Assembly (NCBI GenBank): GCA_951804945.1 | Contig: OX638150.1 | Location: forward strand, 40,114,001-40,178,000 | Source of the DNA: Podarcis cretensis | Lineage: Eukaryota | Reading direction: 5' to 3' | DNA: 64,000 nucleotides | Shown here: one piece after another, positions 48,802 through 62,925 of the stretch | How positions within the stretch are numbered: the first letter of the stretch is position 1 | How the letters are laid out: each line of letters begins with the position of its first letter | Made by a program: the position numbers and the translations under genes | The notes under the pieces: model-generated | What the model was told of the DNA's origin: nothing | The model's database searches: none | What the model saw: the letters and a program-made list of their open reading frames with translations, nothing else

Positions 48802-51800
48802 CCTGGCGCCCCCTTCGTCGGGGGCGAGCCGTTAGAAGCCGGTCAGAAGGCGTAGCCCACCGGAGACCCCACCAGGGTGTGAATGGACGGCAATCGGTCC
48901 ACGTGTGTCCGTCGACCCAAAGTGGGAGATTTCCTTCTGCCCCACTCCTAGGGAGAATGCGACTCGCTTAACTCTCTAGCAGTTTACTGGTTACTTCACC
49001 CCCAAAACACACAGGGCTTTTACTGGGTGTTGATGGGTAGGAGTTAAGCGGGTAAGGTAAGAGAGAGACCCGGGCCGAATCGTCCTGCTTTTCCTTTGCA
49101 CCAACAGTACGCGCGGTGAAAGCCACCTCTGAAGCTCTTAGTTTGAGTTTGAGTAGCCTTGACTCCCAAGTAACGGGTTTAGACGCGACTTGTTCGAGGG
49201 TTCTCCCTTCTCCCCGCTTTCCCTTCCCGGAAAGAGGGATGCGTTTAAAATGTGTCCGGGACTGTGGATGTGGATGGAAGCGGGAATTAACCGACGTGGG
49301 TCAAGGTGGGAAGTAAGCAAGGGAGGCCACTGGCCGAGCCGCCTTTGGAGCCTGTAAGTGGGCCTGCCCACACGCCGTGTCGAGGGTCCTCTCCGAGCCG
49401 TGTTGTTTCGAGGCTCCGGTGGCCTCTGGAAGGTCTCCCCGCGCGGCCTCTAGTGTATCAGGCATCAAGTGTCCGTGACCCTCATGATGGACGGGGTGAG
49501 ACTCGATTGCCCTGCAGTTATTGTTCCCAGGAGCCCTGGCGTGGATTAATTCCGCTAGGCGTTTGTATTGGGGGCTGTTTGTGTGCGCGCGTATTGGGAG
49601 GGTAGCGGGTGTGAGCCGAGGGCCAGGAAGGGAAACTCCCCCCCCCCCCCGATTCCAAATCGGTTTCAAGCTCCGTAGCCGAACTCGCTCTAGATCTACC
49701 CCACTCCCTCTCTCTCTAAAAAGCCCGCAGCCCCATTCAGACGGCAGTGAGGTCCGTGTGTATCTGAGCAGCGCGCCGGCGAGCGAGTTTGAAGGCAGTG
49801 CAAGGAGGCGCCGGCCGTGCGCGGAGAGGTAGTGAGCTCTGTTGGGCGAAAGGGAGCACTGCAGCTCCTGCTCCGCCAGCCCGCTCGGAATTCTTATTAT
49901 TTTGACACGGGAACCCGGCGATTTGCTGTGCCGACGGAATCTCAGCAAACGCTAATGAAAGTTAAGCTTCCATAACTTTCCTAGACCTAGACTTTCCTAG
50001 ACCTGCTTTGTGGAGCAAACGCGTCTCCATGGGGTGCTTTTTAAGGATACTGGGATTTAAAACGACAAATAGATCTGGAATGGTTGTGGAGTCCTTTGGG
50101 CAGTTTCACGCGTCCTCTGGGGGTGCGAGGATGGTTTTAAGGCCTCGTAGTAGCGGTCATACCCACCCGATCCCGCCGAGTTTAAGTTCTACAGGACTGG
50201 GAGAGTTGCCCTTCCCAATCTAGACAGCGGCGGCTCCACTCGGTCTCCTGCGCGCCCTTTTTCTTGTCATTTTCAACGGCAGCTCCTTGCGCGCTTCACA
50301 TTTCTCGGTCCTTGGCCGATGGACTTCTCTCTTTGAAATGACGCTTTAGAGAGGGAAAAAAAGTTTTAAACAAAAATGTCCTATTGAGGGCATGCAAGAA
50401 AAATAATAATCCAGAGTTCAAAACGAGAGCAGAGAGTGGAACGAAAGATCTTAGGCAACGGATTTTCTTAAGCGGGTCTAAGATCAGCCTGTGCGGTTTG
50501 ACTTGCGAGCTTGATCTCTCCGTCCTCCTGCTAAAGGGGAGAATTTTATTTGCGGGGGGGGGGCAGAAATCCTCCGCTACCTTATGGGGGAAAGTGCTGT
50601 AGACACCAGTTATCAAGCCAGCGGCAGGTGATTCTCTCCTCTCCTTCAGATGCATGGGAGAGGGGGAGATGGTGCGATTAAAAAAACAACACCCTGCAGC
50701 TTTTAAACGGATCTGTCCGTTGACCTTCTGCGCTTCCTGGGGACTGACTGCAGACTTGCGAAGAGAAGCCTCTGAAGCATCTGTAATGGGATGCGGTCGT
50801 CGTCTGTGCAACATGTGTCAGGGCATGGAAATGAATCCTTGTACAGTCGAGGTGTCCATTGATTTATAGGGTGGTGATAACTTGGAGGGAGAGCCTTGTC
50901 TGTTATAAATAAAAATGGTTTTGATTTTACATTCCAAGCCCTGCACTCAAGTCAGGTGACTTCCACTTCCACCCCCCCCCCAAAAAAAACCCCCAGCTTG
51001 CAGAACTTTGAGTGAATCTGTGCAGGGAGATGGAAAAATTACAAATCCAAAATCCAAACCTGTGCTATGCTAAGCACATGGCCGAGTTGCTGTTTGTGTG
51101 TGTGTGTTTTTAGAACATTCTGTTTTAAATAGGATAGGACACAATTTAAAACATCTCACAGGGAAAAAGGGTTTGATTAAGGAAGAGCCAGAACAGTGGC
51201 AACAATTTAACATATACCAATCAATAGATGTAGTTGTTGCTTTCAGTAAAGGAAATTTGAGATGTATTTGTTTTTAAAGTAAAACGGAAAGACACAATAT
51301 AAACGTCTTTGGAGACGCCAAGCTCTTTCGCTCATTTAGGGTCACACAAATGCTTCTTGGAGGAATTGTGGGCCAAGTAAGCAAGAGTGCGAAAGCAAAT
51401 CAAGGGCTTCCTGCCTTGTTTGGTAGACAGGCTGTGCTTGTCCCCGTCTTCCCGGCTCCTTCCTCCCCGGCTCTCCTTTGTCACTCCCACAGCCCAGCGC
51501 CACAGCCTTTGATTAGGGAGGCTAGTGCTAATTTTGTTAGCCGAGGCTGTGAAGAGCCGGATCTCTGTTATCCAGGGTGACGGCCTTCAAGGTTTTCTAA
51601 AAGATCCTCCCCAAACTACTGCTTGTAGCTAATGAGCAGAGCTGTCAGGAAGACGAAAACCATTAAGTGTTACTAAAGGCCAAACTAGGGGGGAATTTTC
51701 AACTTGCTTAGAAGTTGCGGGTTGGGTGGATGGAATGGGAGCCTGCATTTAAAACTCTTCCTCAACTTTGCCTAAGTGGTTTAACTATTTTTTGGGGGGA

Positions 51801-54800
51801 AACTTAATCACTGGAAAGCCACATGCTTAAAGGTGTGCATTTGATGTGCAGTTTAGTTAAACGATGAAACTCAAAAGCATTAACAGGTAAGGTGGCTGGG
51901 AAGAAGTCTGTGCTGTTTGTCATTCACAGCCGTATTAAAGTAACTAATTTAAAGTAACAATTACCTCGCATTGAAGCCCAACTTCACAGGATTTTTATTT
52001 GGCATGATTTTGGCTAATGCAACCACTTTTTGATCAAATGTGCATGTCCGCACTTTTCCTGGTGCCAGTCTTATTTTCAGGATGGTTTTTAAAAAGCTGG
52101 GCCTTGCTAGATAAGTGCAGAGAGTCTGGAGTGCCAGTGACTTGACAGGAAACGTTTGCAGGTTATGCAAATATGAATTATGCAGATTAGCTGGATGTCC
52201 AATTGTTGCAGGTCTTGGAAAGATGCTAGTTGAAAGAATGGGAACCAAACATATGACCACCTTAATTGCCTAGAATAATATTCCAGCATCCTTGAGGAAA
52301 CTGAAATGGGTTTAGCACTGGGTTTATGAGCTTTCCTCTCTTCCCCTCTCCAGCCACACAAGCCATGGAGCATGAGATTCTACCTGCTTGGCATATTCAG
52401 CACAATCCTGCAGTTTTACTCCTTTTATTTCCTCTCTCTCTCTCTCTTTGGTCATCTCTTTCTCTTTGAGACTGGCTCAGTGTATGCACAGTTACTTGGG
52501 AGTAAGTCACTTTGGATTTGTTGGGGATTCCTCCTGAGTAGACAGCATAAAAATAGCACTATATGTAGCAGCATCTCTTTTTAAGACTGGCAGCCTTGCA
52601 TATAGTATCCAAGCTTAGTTGAAGCCACTTTTATGTCAGCTGGAACAATGTTGCCTTAAAGGAGATGACATGTCGAAATGGCAATAGTTACAGGTGCTGA
52701 TCTGGCTGGTGGCTTTTATTTAACAGGGATGTAACAGTTTTCCTAATTAAGGCCCAACTGAGCCCTTCTACTCCCCCCCCCCACTTTGCCAAATAGTCAA
52801 TCTGCTGCTATTTAAAGGAAGGACTTCTGTGCAAGAGAAAAATCAATGTGTAGTTAGGCAAATGATAGTTTCTTAAGCTAAATCAATATGCACAAACTTG
52901 TTCTTTTGAATTGAGGTGCACATTTTCCTAGGAACATTTTTTTTTCTTTTTTGGGAAAATAAAGAAAGACTCCAGCTTAGCACAGCTTTGAGTTGAAGCT
53001 GAATTATTAAGGGCAGCTTGATTTCAGCTGCAGTGCACAACATGCTGCTTTAATAGTGGGCTTTGTTTTGTTAAATCACTGTCTACGAAAACTCTGAGAA
53101 ATAGCTTGGTTCTCTCACAAACAATTCAAGCTGCTGTGAAGTTGTCACGTGACACAAACTGCCTGTGCAGCAACGGCAAACCATTTTTCAGCTGAGTTAC
53201 TTCAATTTGATTATTATTGAAACTAAACCATCTTAGTCTCCTATATGATTTTAACGAGCTCTTGGATTGGGGTGTTAGTCCTGTTTTAATAAGACTAAAT
53301 TGTCTTATGGTAGTTCAGCTGGGGACTGTGATTTGTGAGTGGAAGCCATGATACGTAAACAAGAATAGATTTGGGAGGGATCTATAACGGAGGCAAGAGC
53401 CTGAGTGGCAGATTAATGATTTCTGCTTTAAAATACTTTAACAGTTGCAATCAATTAAATGTAGGTTTTAATTTCACTCAGCAGCACCCCCCCTCCAAGA
53501 AAGGGTGTTTAGAGTATAACTTACTGTTGTAAACAATGCTTTCTTAAACAGAACCATGTCCCTTCCCTTCAGCAACCAAATATTAACAGAAACTAAACTA
53601 CTATGTGTGCCTTTTCAAAAGTAGGCACCTCCCTTTCAAAAAAGAAAAGAAAAGTAAGCCCCATTTCAATTAACTGGAAATCTTTCCTAAAAGTAAAGTA
53701 TCTAGGGCTTCAACTTCGTAAAAACTCCACTGCCAAGTGCTTGAACTGACGTACGATTTTGAACGCTATCTTTCTCCACGTTGCCAAAGCAACTTCAGAG
53801 TTGGCAATATGTAATGTGACAGCATGTTAGTAGAACCATACTGACTTTTCCTAAAGATCTTTGTATACTACTGAATTTTATTTTGGCTTTGAATGGCTTC
53901 TATTTTTCCTCTTTACTGGATTGACACCAGACCATTGTAAGTCTATAGGCTACATTTTTATGGGACCCCTCCACCCTATCTCTGCTCTGATAGCTGAATT
54001 CGCTCAAGTTTTGGGTTATGGCACAATTACATTATTACTGAGACAATAGCCACAAATCATAATTCAACTTACTTGATTTTATGGGGAAGAGAAAACTGCA
54101 GTAATATAGCCATTGAAGTAAATGAGAAGTCTTTTTTCAAATTCTGCAAAGGCTATGAGTTTTTTGCAGCTAACTCATCACGAGGAAGCCATTTATGCAC
54201 AAGTGTGACCAGGATTAGGGACTAGTTTAGGATATTATTTTTTATCAAAAGGCTCGCCTCTGAAGGGAGATGCAAGTGTTCATTGTCAGCAAATTCACCT
54301 CTTGTGCGATATGTTTCAGCAGGAGATCTGACACTTGGACTATTTGAAATCTACAATTTTTGATGAGGATGGTTGGTTACTGCCATGACAGGCTTTAAAA
54401 TTTTTTTAATTCATTTTATTACATTTTCTGTCATCATTCAAACTAATTTCCAAGTGAAAATTTTGTGATACTTTGGTTGGTCCTACTTAAAGGTATTGCT
54501 GTGGATTTTGGAGATTTTTTTTTAAAGAAACTATTTTTAAAAATTCTCATGGAAGACCCTGCTTCTGGTGAAAATTAACAAGGCATTGTAGGGGTTGTGT
54601 GTATCTGATTAGTTAAGCACCCCCAAATTAGTCAACTATTTTTTTTTAGACCCTAGCCTAGAACAGTTGACTCTTAAAGGGAAGTGGAGGAAATGACTCC
54701 TTGGGATTTTCTGTTCATATTGACCGCAAAGCTTTCAATGTTATCTATGATTAACTTCAAGGTTAGCCACCTTGAACTATTGAGAAAAGGTTGTGTGTTT

Positions 54801-56003
54801 TAAAGCAAGCAAGCTTCCATATGTGCAGTATCAAAACTGACTTGGGGGGACACGATAACACACCTAAAACATTTTCAGCCTCAGACAGTGCAGCCTCTGC
54901 TCAGCCTGTTGCATTCAGAGTTATTTATTCCTGGATAAGTGTGTACTGAATCACACCTTAATTTCTGAGTTAAAATGTTAACAGTAATCTCAAATGGAAA
55001 TGCTCCTGAGATCTAAACAGCAGCATTATCTCTAACTTTGCTTAGGCAAATGCGACAAGCAACTCTATATATGGCTCTTGAGTTAGCAACAGCTAAACAG
55101 GGAAAACTGAGAAGAGAAAGTGTTCAATATCTGCAGCATCTCTTTAGCTATTTTTGGAAAAGTTTGATCCTCAATAGCATCCATAGCATTTTAAAAAGAA
55201 CTATGTGTGGCTAGCTAAAGAACTGGCTGTCATGGTTTTATTAGCGAAATTATGTTAAAGCATCTTGAGTTCTGTATTAAATTAGCGACCTAAATTAGAC
55301 TGTAAAATGGTTGATTAATCCTTCCCATGTAAAGAATGGGTATGCAGCTAATTGCAAATGAGATTCCCAGATCCAGTAAGTGGAATAAGTCAATATTTAA
55401 GAGAACACTTTGCTTTAGGGATGGGATTGCCTGCACTAGCAGAACCACACTACTTACGCTTAAATGATTCACCAGAATAAAATGCCTCTTGTTTTAATTA
55501 ATGTATCTATTAGTCTAAGGCCAATTCAGCAGACATGCAAGCAGTTTTCCTCCTGGAAAAAACTACTCCTGTGAAGCTAGTAATTATGCAGTTACAGATA
55601 TGGGGCTCCAAGCAAAGATCATGGTGATTATAATAATCTTAAAACTATGAGGTATCCATTTTGGATTTGGCTTATTTCAGAACATGGAGCATAGTGGGAC
55701 CTCTGAAGAACATCCTGTGGTATTCTGACAAATGTTGTCATCAAGTTGTGTAAGCCTAAACACATTTACGGAGTTAATTAAACTGAAGTTGCAGTCCTAA
55801 ATGTGCTTACCTGGGATTAAGCCCTACTGATCTTGACCTGTGTGGATTGTGGTGCTACTCTACAAAGTGTGTTTATGATTGCATGGATGCTCAAAGGTGA
55901 GCCCTGCTGTGCTCATTTGTACCTACCCAGATAAGTGTACATGTGTTTCCAAGCAAGAAATTTCAGACCCGAATGCATTTTTGTATTCTGACTTGTGCAC
56001 AAC

Positions 56004-56091
56004 TTTAGTCGGAATCAGTTAAATGGTAAAACACACACCCCTACATTTAGTCGGAATCAGTTAAATGGTAAAACACACACCCCTACATTTA
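56004..56091. repeat. Perfect 42-bp tandem duplication
   Basis: TTTAGTCGGAATCAGTTAAATGGTAAAACACACACCCCTACA twice, followed by TTTA. Confidence 0.95.
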
Positions 56092-56612
56092 TTTTGCATT
56101 TGTAATATGTACACAATTGCTAAACTAGAATAATTTTGTTTTCGATCTTAAAATCTTATGCCACCCCGATCTCTCTCTGCTCAGTTGTTTGTAATGGGAA
56201 GAGATTGCTAAAATTCACACTTCAGGCAATGATTCTAGTGCAGGTTTCTTTTTGAAAATATTTCTGCTTCTGTTGCACAACTCCAAAAAACAGCAGCCTG
56301 ATAGCTGAAGGTCTTTGGAACGTACTATTTCTGTTTAGTGGCTTCAAACAGAAATGTTTCGGCAGGAAAGAAAAGGAAACTGGATCCAGCTATTAATGCT
56401 AAATAGTTACAAGCACTAGCGTTCCTGGGTTTTTTCTCTCTCTTCGGCACTGACTCTGGAATCCTTGTGGACAAAAGCAAAGTGGGAGAAAATGGCCCTT
56501 TTTGCAGCCAAGCTTGAAGGATGAAATCACTTTCTTTATACAATCGAAGGCTTCTTAAAACCTTCAGAATAACTTTCCTGGTATTTGAACAATGCTTTCA
56601 ACCTAACTTCCC

Positions 56613-56801
56613 NNNNNNNNNNNNNNNNNNNNNNNNNNNNNNNNNNNNNNNNNNNNNNNNNNNNNNNNNNNNNNNNNNNNNNNNNNNNNNNNNNNNNNNN
56701 NNNNNNNNNNNNNNNNNNNNNNNNNNNNNNNNNNNNNNNNNNNNNNNNNNNNNNNNNNNNNNNNNNNNNNNNNNNNNNNNNNNNNNNNNNNNNNNNNNNN
56801 N
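56613..56801. other. Assembly gap (N run)
   Basis: Run of n. Confidence 1.
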
Positions 56802-57624
56802 CAGCAGTTGTGAAAATTGGAGATGTGGGTAACTTTCTGAAATATGCACACACACAGTCTACCAATCTCTTACCAAACTTGTGAGTGTAAGTTTTTGCAC
56901 TGTGAAAATGTTAAAGTGCAATGCTGCTTGGCCTTTTAAGAGTATAGCAAACTACACAATCTGTACATCTTGAGAATTTTTGTACCAAATGGTGTAAATT
57001 TTGAGGGAATGTTGTCTGTGTGTGTCCTTATGTGCAACTGCATGATTTCTGGTTTTTGGGCCTCGGGCCTCTCCTTATCTGCTTAGAAATTGGAAATTCT
57101 TTCTACTTAGATAGAAATGTCTGGCTGTGGAAGCAGTGGCTAGAATGCTGATGCTTGATTCCTAATGAGTAAAAACAACAACACCTAGACATTGACTTCT
57201 GAGAACTGCCAAATTTTAGTCAAATGCTAAAACAAGAACATATGATACAGTAAAGTATCCCAGTAGTCTTTGGTCAAATGTTGGATGCCATTTTTTCAGT
57301 AACGGGAATTGATCCTGTCTGCCTTCCCATCGTGCTTGTTAGATTTTCCATATGGCTCCCAGGTTGATTAGCAAATATGTGGGAGAGAATGGAAAAGAGC
57401 TCATTGTTCTCTGTGTTGGATGCTTTGCTGAAGTTGTGACCCTTATGACTTATAAAACTCCTGGTGTCCTAAGCTAGTCCCACCCTCCAATACTGAGATT
57501 CTTTAGTAGGAGGCAAGCATGCTTTTGGGGTGGAGAGAACTGCCCCTCCTCCCCTGCGTCCAAATGAAGGTTGCTTGTGCATCTTAGACAAATAGAAGAA
57601 GGGCCCAGAGACTTGGGTTTTATA

Positions 57625-57792
57625 CACACTATACCTTTAAAGCACATTCTTTCCCTCAAAGAATTATGGGTGCTGTACTTTATCTACCACAGAGTTACAA
57701 TTCACAGCAACCCTTAACAAACTACAATTCCCAGCTATATTTTTTTAAAAGAGAAATGTGTTGCTAATGTGTTTTCAAGTTATAGTGTCTTC
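57625..57792. mobile_element. Decayed palindromic MITE-like squamate repeat
   Basis: ACACTATACCTTTAAAGCACAT...CCCTTAACAAACTACAATTCCCAG...ATGTGTTTTCAAGTTATAGTGT has imperfect inverted ends. Confidence 0.5.
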
Positions 57793-58139
57793 ACAACATT
57801 AGTTGTAGATCTGTATTTTCTTCTCCACTGCAATTAATTCCATAGGGAACCTTCTGTTGTCACATTTCTGGTGGCAATGGTAACTTTCCACCCCCCCCCT
57901 TGAGAATTCTGAACGTACTACCCTTTCCTACTTTAAACCTTGGTCTAGTAAGCTAAGTCTGTGGACGGATATATGCTTGCAGAGTTGTATTTGTACACAC
58001 TGTCTGTTCCTCGATTTGGGAAGGCTGGTAGTGGTAGCCATGAAGTACCCCTGTTCTCAGTGTATTGGGCTGGAGATTAATATGGTGTCAGACTGGTAGG
58101 ATGCTGACATATCACATTGGGGAAAAAACCTATCAATTA

Positions 58140-58395
58140 CCGTATTTTTTACTCTATAAGACTCACTTTTTCCCTCCTAAAAAGTATGGGGAAATGTGTG
58201 TGCGTCTTATGGAGCGAACGCAGGCTGCGCAGCTATCCCAGAAGCCAGAACAGCAAGGATTGCTGCTTTCACTGCGCAGCAATCCCTCTTGCTGTTCTGG
58301 CTTCTGAGATTCAGAATATATTTTTTCTTGTTTTCCTCCTCCAAAAACTAGGTGCGTCTTGTGGTCTGGTGCGTCTTATAGAGCGAAAAATACAG
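58140..58395. mobile_element. Non-autonomous Tc1/mariner (Tc2-like, CCGTA ends) MITE
   Basis: TA|CCGTATTTTTTACTCTATAAGACTCAC ... GTGCGTCTTATAGAGCGAAAAATACAG|TA (imperfect 27-bp TIR, TA TSD). Long internal palindrome. Confidence 0.88.
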
Positions 58396-58559
58396 TACTC
58401 ATTTGAAATCTGGCAACATGAACTCTGGGGCTGCTTCTGGGATTGGTGCTTAGATAACATTGGGACCTATAAGCAATTGATGTACATGTTTGTTAAGCCC
58501 TTGGACTGGGAATAAAACCACAGAGGGAACTTGGTATAAGAATGCTTTGTAAAAGAATT

Positions 58560-58607
58560 GAGGGTTTGTTTGCCACCCTGGGCTCCTTTGGGAGGAAAGG
58601 CAGTATG

Positions 58608-58651
<44 letters not shown>
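58560..58651 (+). repeat. LINE/SINE 3' tail remnant ending in an (AAT)n microsatellite
   Basis: GCCACCCTGGGCTCCTTTGGGAGGAAAGGCAG followed by about 14 AAT units. Confidence 0.7.
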
Positions 58652-58652
<1 letters not shown>

Positions 58653-61600
58653 TATTTCTTATAACAGCTCCCCCATCCAAAAAAATAAAATAATAATACT
58701 TAAACTGAAAAGCTGGCCTTCTTCATTTTTGAAAAATGATTGAGTGGAATTGTAGACACTGCTTTAACATTCCGAACTTTGTCCAACTCTGTTCCCTGAA
58801 ACAAACCGTAGAGCAAAGTTTTGTATCTGATTTCATGCTGCATCAGCTTCAGGGGCTCTTCACTTCTACTTCAGAATATACTTACAGCCTCTTGAATGAA
58901 TGAAGCTCTTTGGAGACAAGAGCCTAGCACAATTCAAGATGGGGTCTCCCTACTTTTTTTCATCCACTCTCCAAGCCTTCCAGTTTGATTCCAGCAGGCC
59001 CCAAATCACAATGTCTTAGTCGCAGCATGAAGTTATGAGGAAAATGGCCCCCAAAGGAGGGACGGGCTCTTGTGATCCATCAGCAAGGCCCTTGTGTTTC
59101 TCTGGGAGCCTTCCTTCAGATTGCAACAGGAGCGTTGAGTTGTTCAGACAGATGGCAAAGATTATTTCGTGTTGCTGAGATTTCAGTGCACTACTGTTTC
59201 AAGCATGTCTCCCAGTGCGGCGCAAATGATGCGTTCTTCCCAGCACGGCGCTGACGGGAACTGCTTTGTCTTCCCTGATCATGTTTCACAGCCTCACCTG
59301 TTGAGGAGTTGATTCTTCCCACCCCAACCCCCCACCCCCGAAGTTGAGCATGCGCCGGAGTGGACATATTTGGCTGGTGAGTCCACCCATGGCTCTGACT
59401 TGTGGTGAGACTCTGGGGCCGTCAGTGAAATGGAACGTTGCTGAGTAGCATAAAAAAGTGATGATGAAAACTTTCTGCGTAGGCTTTTCTCTTGGTGGTT
59501 CAGGGATAGTAGCTCTTTATTAGAAACCCATGTTTCCCAACTCTTGCTCTTTAGCAGACCTGTTATTAAGAGCGGAAAATGGGCATTCTTATTTGGCCTA
59601 TTCAGGCATGAGCAGAAGCTAAATAACTTTTTCTTTGGGTCCGTCTCAGCTGCTGCATTTGTCAAATCTGGATGTTTGTATTATGTGCCATTTCTGAATA
59701 ACATGCTCAAATAATGAAGGTGTGTATTCATGTGTACAACTGCCATCCTAATTCCCTTCACCTTGCAGCTATAGTTCAGATTTTAGAACCAGTTGTGTGG
59801 CACTTTCAAGACCTTAACAGGCCAGTTCTGATGGCTTGTGAAGCAAGCCTATGTGTTTGTGTAGTCTATCGTACTCTGGGCCAGTCCACCCAGGTGGCAG
59901 GATCCACAGGGGCAGCAGAACACAATGTAGAGCCTTATTCCCACCCCCTCTTGCATCTGATGTAGATCTTAACTCATCCCTTCTTCCTTGGTGGGGAGGG
60001 AGGCACCATTTTGTTGTTCTCTTCAGGTGCCAAAAGGTCTCAGGCTGTTCCTAGATGCTCTTTATTTTGAGAGATTGTACACTTACAAGAAGTGACTGGG
60101 TATGTATGCTGCTAACAAAGCCCTCTCCTCCGTCAAAGTGGCTGCATTCATCTACATCTTGGGGATTACTGCGTTCATACACACGTACATTTCTGTGAGC
60201 CTGAGAGGCCACCTGTGCTGCAAATGCTGGCTGTATCCAAGAATGCCATCAAGGCCTTCACATCATTCAGTCCAGCAACTGTGTGAAATGTCCAGCTTGC
60301 CCTTCTAGATGGAAGGCTAAAATGAGAAACTTAAATCTCCTGTACTGGATTTAGCGCCTGGACATTCTGCTTTGCAGCTTCCGATAGTTAGTGCTGAAAG
60401 ATAACCAACATCCTTGCTCTTTTGTTGTTGTCGAGGACTGGTGATCAGTGAGTCAAAGGGATAATAAATAGGCCAGAGCTCTGCTGGGTAGCAAACCATA
60501 TGGCCTCAAAGCACAACAAATTCCAGGTCCCATATATTCCTGTAGCCTAATTACAGGGTTGGAAAGCAACCAAGGCTGCTACCTGTTGTCACTGTGTGGT
60601 GTCTGAAATGATTGAGGAGCTCTGTTGCTCTGTTGTGTGATGTTTGCACTCTCAGCACCGAGTTCTGCTGCCCTCGAAACAATTTAATGCTGGGCTCAGT
60701 TTCCCGGGTTTAATGTGTTGTATCTGGCCTTAAAAAATATTTTAAAATCCTTGTGCCAATTAACATGAGCTTCTTTGACTAGCGCTCGTTATATATAATG
60801 TGTGCTGCATGCTGCCTCATTAAGAAATGGGGAAATCATTTTGTCAACTGAAGTGATGACTGCAATGTATATGTACATGAAATTGCTTGCCAGTTCTCCG
60901 GATTGTCAAACAAATTTGAAAGCCAATAACAGGCCAGCAGCCCCATGACTGGAGAGATCAGGCTTGCTTTGGCTGCATCAGTCACTGACATCCACTTGGC
61001 CACCCTTGTGTGTAATGCTAAAAGAAAAAAGAAAAGAAAAAAGGTACTTCTGTTTTGGGGCAATGCGTAGGAGGGTGAAACCTCTCCCATTTGCTTGAGG
61101 ACAAAAAGAGCAGCTCTTTCAAACAAGATCCAGTGGAATATATAAATTTGCATTAATATCAATCACCAGCAAAAAATTAGTTGCATAAGTGGCTGTCAGA
61201 GATGAATGAGATTACTTGCTGCTTTTTGTTTTAAGCAGCAAATCAAACTTAGCATCTTAACTGCTGCCTTGGAGGTGGGGAAGCTGTTCAAAAGGTTTGA
61301 CTTGATTCCTGACAATTAATCACTGGCTTTACCCCCAAATACGGCTGGGTGATACATTGATATACCATCCAAAACTGGTTTGAAATCCATATCGTGAGAT
61401 CTGTTTCATAGTTCTTGACCTGGCAATATATTGTGAATCATGGTGTATGTGTGTGCTATGCAAAAATCACAACGTGGGAAAAACCCTTCTCCAAGGTCAG
61501 GAAGTCTGTGCCCTTCCAGATATTGCTGGACTACATCTCCCATCATCACTGACTGTTCGCCAACATAGAATTTGAGTCAACAACATCTGGAGGACCTTGC

Positions 61601-62925
61601 AGTACCCAAATTTGAAATGCATATCTAGTGTGGTGTTTGGAGGTGAGAGAAAGTGGTGGGGAGGCATGGAGGATGGAAATGCAGTTGGGAGTGTAAGCAA
61701 AAAAACAATAAAAGCCTGGTTGGTAAAATATGGATTTGCTACTAATTTCTCATTCTTGGTGATGACATTCTGTCTTCTGCTGAAATGTGTTTTCTCAAGT
61801 CAGGCTTTTTGGCTTCAATTAGCTCTTGAGAGAAGAGGAAATCTCTCATTGGATTATTTGTGAAGTGAACACACCAAATTAGAACAGTAGAAAAAGCAAG
61901 CCCTGCAGCTGTGGTTCCTTGCAATGTATTGTTTATATTGATTTATGCATATGCAAGCAACGTTGGGCAGCTGACCACAAGTGCTGGGACCAAAGAAGGT
62001 TTATTTCTTATTTAAACATCCATAACAAAGCATCATTTTGCAAACTGTCATAAGCCCAAACAAATTCTCTTCCCATCACTTCTCGTTTCCCAGAAAATTT
62101 CCCAGAAAACAGTGCTCCAACTTTGCTTTATAGGAACTTCCGTATCGTAGGATGTTGCACCCCTGATTCATGACTTGTGTTGTAATCCTTTTACCATTTT
62201 ACCTGCAATCCTTCCATTTCCACCATCTAAACATTCTGTAGATCTGACTGGGAATGTCTCAGCACGGTCTGACGAACAAAAACAGGAAATGTGGGTTTGG
62301 GGTTTGGGGGGAAAGAAAGAACAGTTACCTGGAATATTGAAGTCCCCTCATTAGAAGTTGTAGTTTCTGGGTGGAACCCAGTATCATATGAATGGACTTC
62401 CACTTGCACAGTGAGATTCACCCTCTTGTTCTGCCCCCTGTGTAGAGGGGACTTTTGGGGCCATTTGGGGGACTCCAGGGGTAGAAGAGGACAGTAAAAG
62501 TTCTGTTCTGCATTCACATGGACAGCTTGGGATGCAACCCTATAGTGAAGATGTTAGGAGATGTGAGCTAATGGCTGAACTTGTTAGTGCATCCTTCAGG
62601 CAGGAAGACTGAATCTCTGGCATCTGCTTGAAGGAGGAAAGTTGGGTGCTGGTGCTGGGTGGAGCTGGCATGGGGAGAATAGCTGGCATATCACTTGTCT
62701 TTTCTCTTAATATACTAATTTGCTTAAGTGTTAGGCACAGATGTGGTGGAGGAAATTCTGATCTCTTTCCATTTATATGTCTTAACCATCATCTAGATGG
62801 TGTTTGGCTGATCTTTGTTGGGGAGGGTGGGGTGTGGAGCCAGAGGGCGATGACTAGTCAGAAAGAGGACCAGGCATTGATAAAGTGAGAAAGCAGGCTA
62901 GTATTTCACTCCATGCCTTGATGTG

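Noticed and set aside
49301-50814. 215-aa and 172-aa minus-strand ORFs in intron 1
   Set aside because: CpG-island composition explains their length; no domain or splice support. An antisense non-coding RNA is not excluded.
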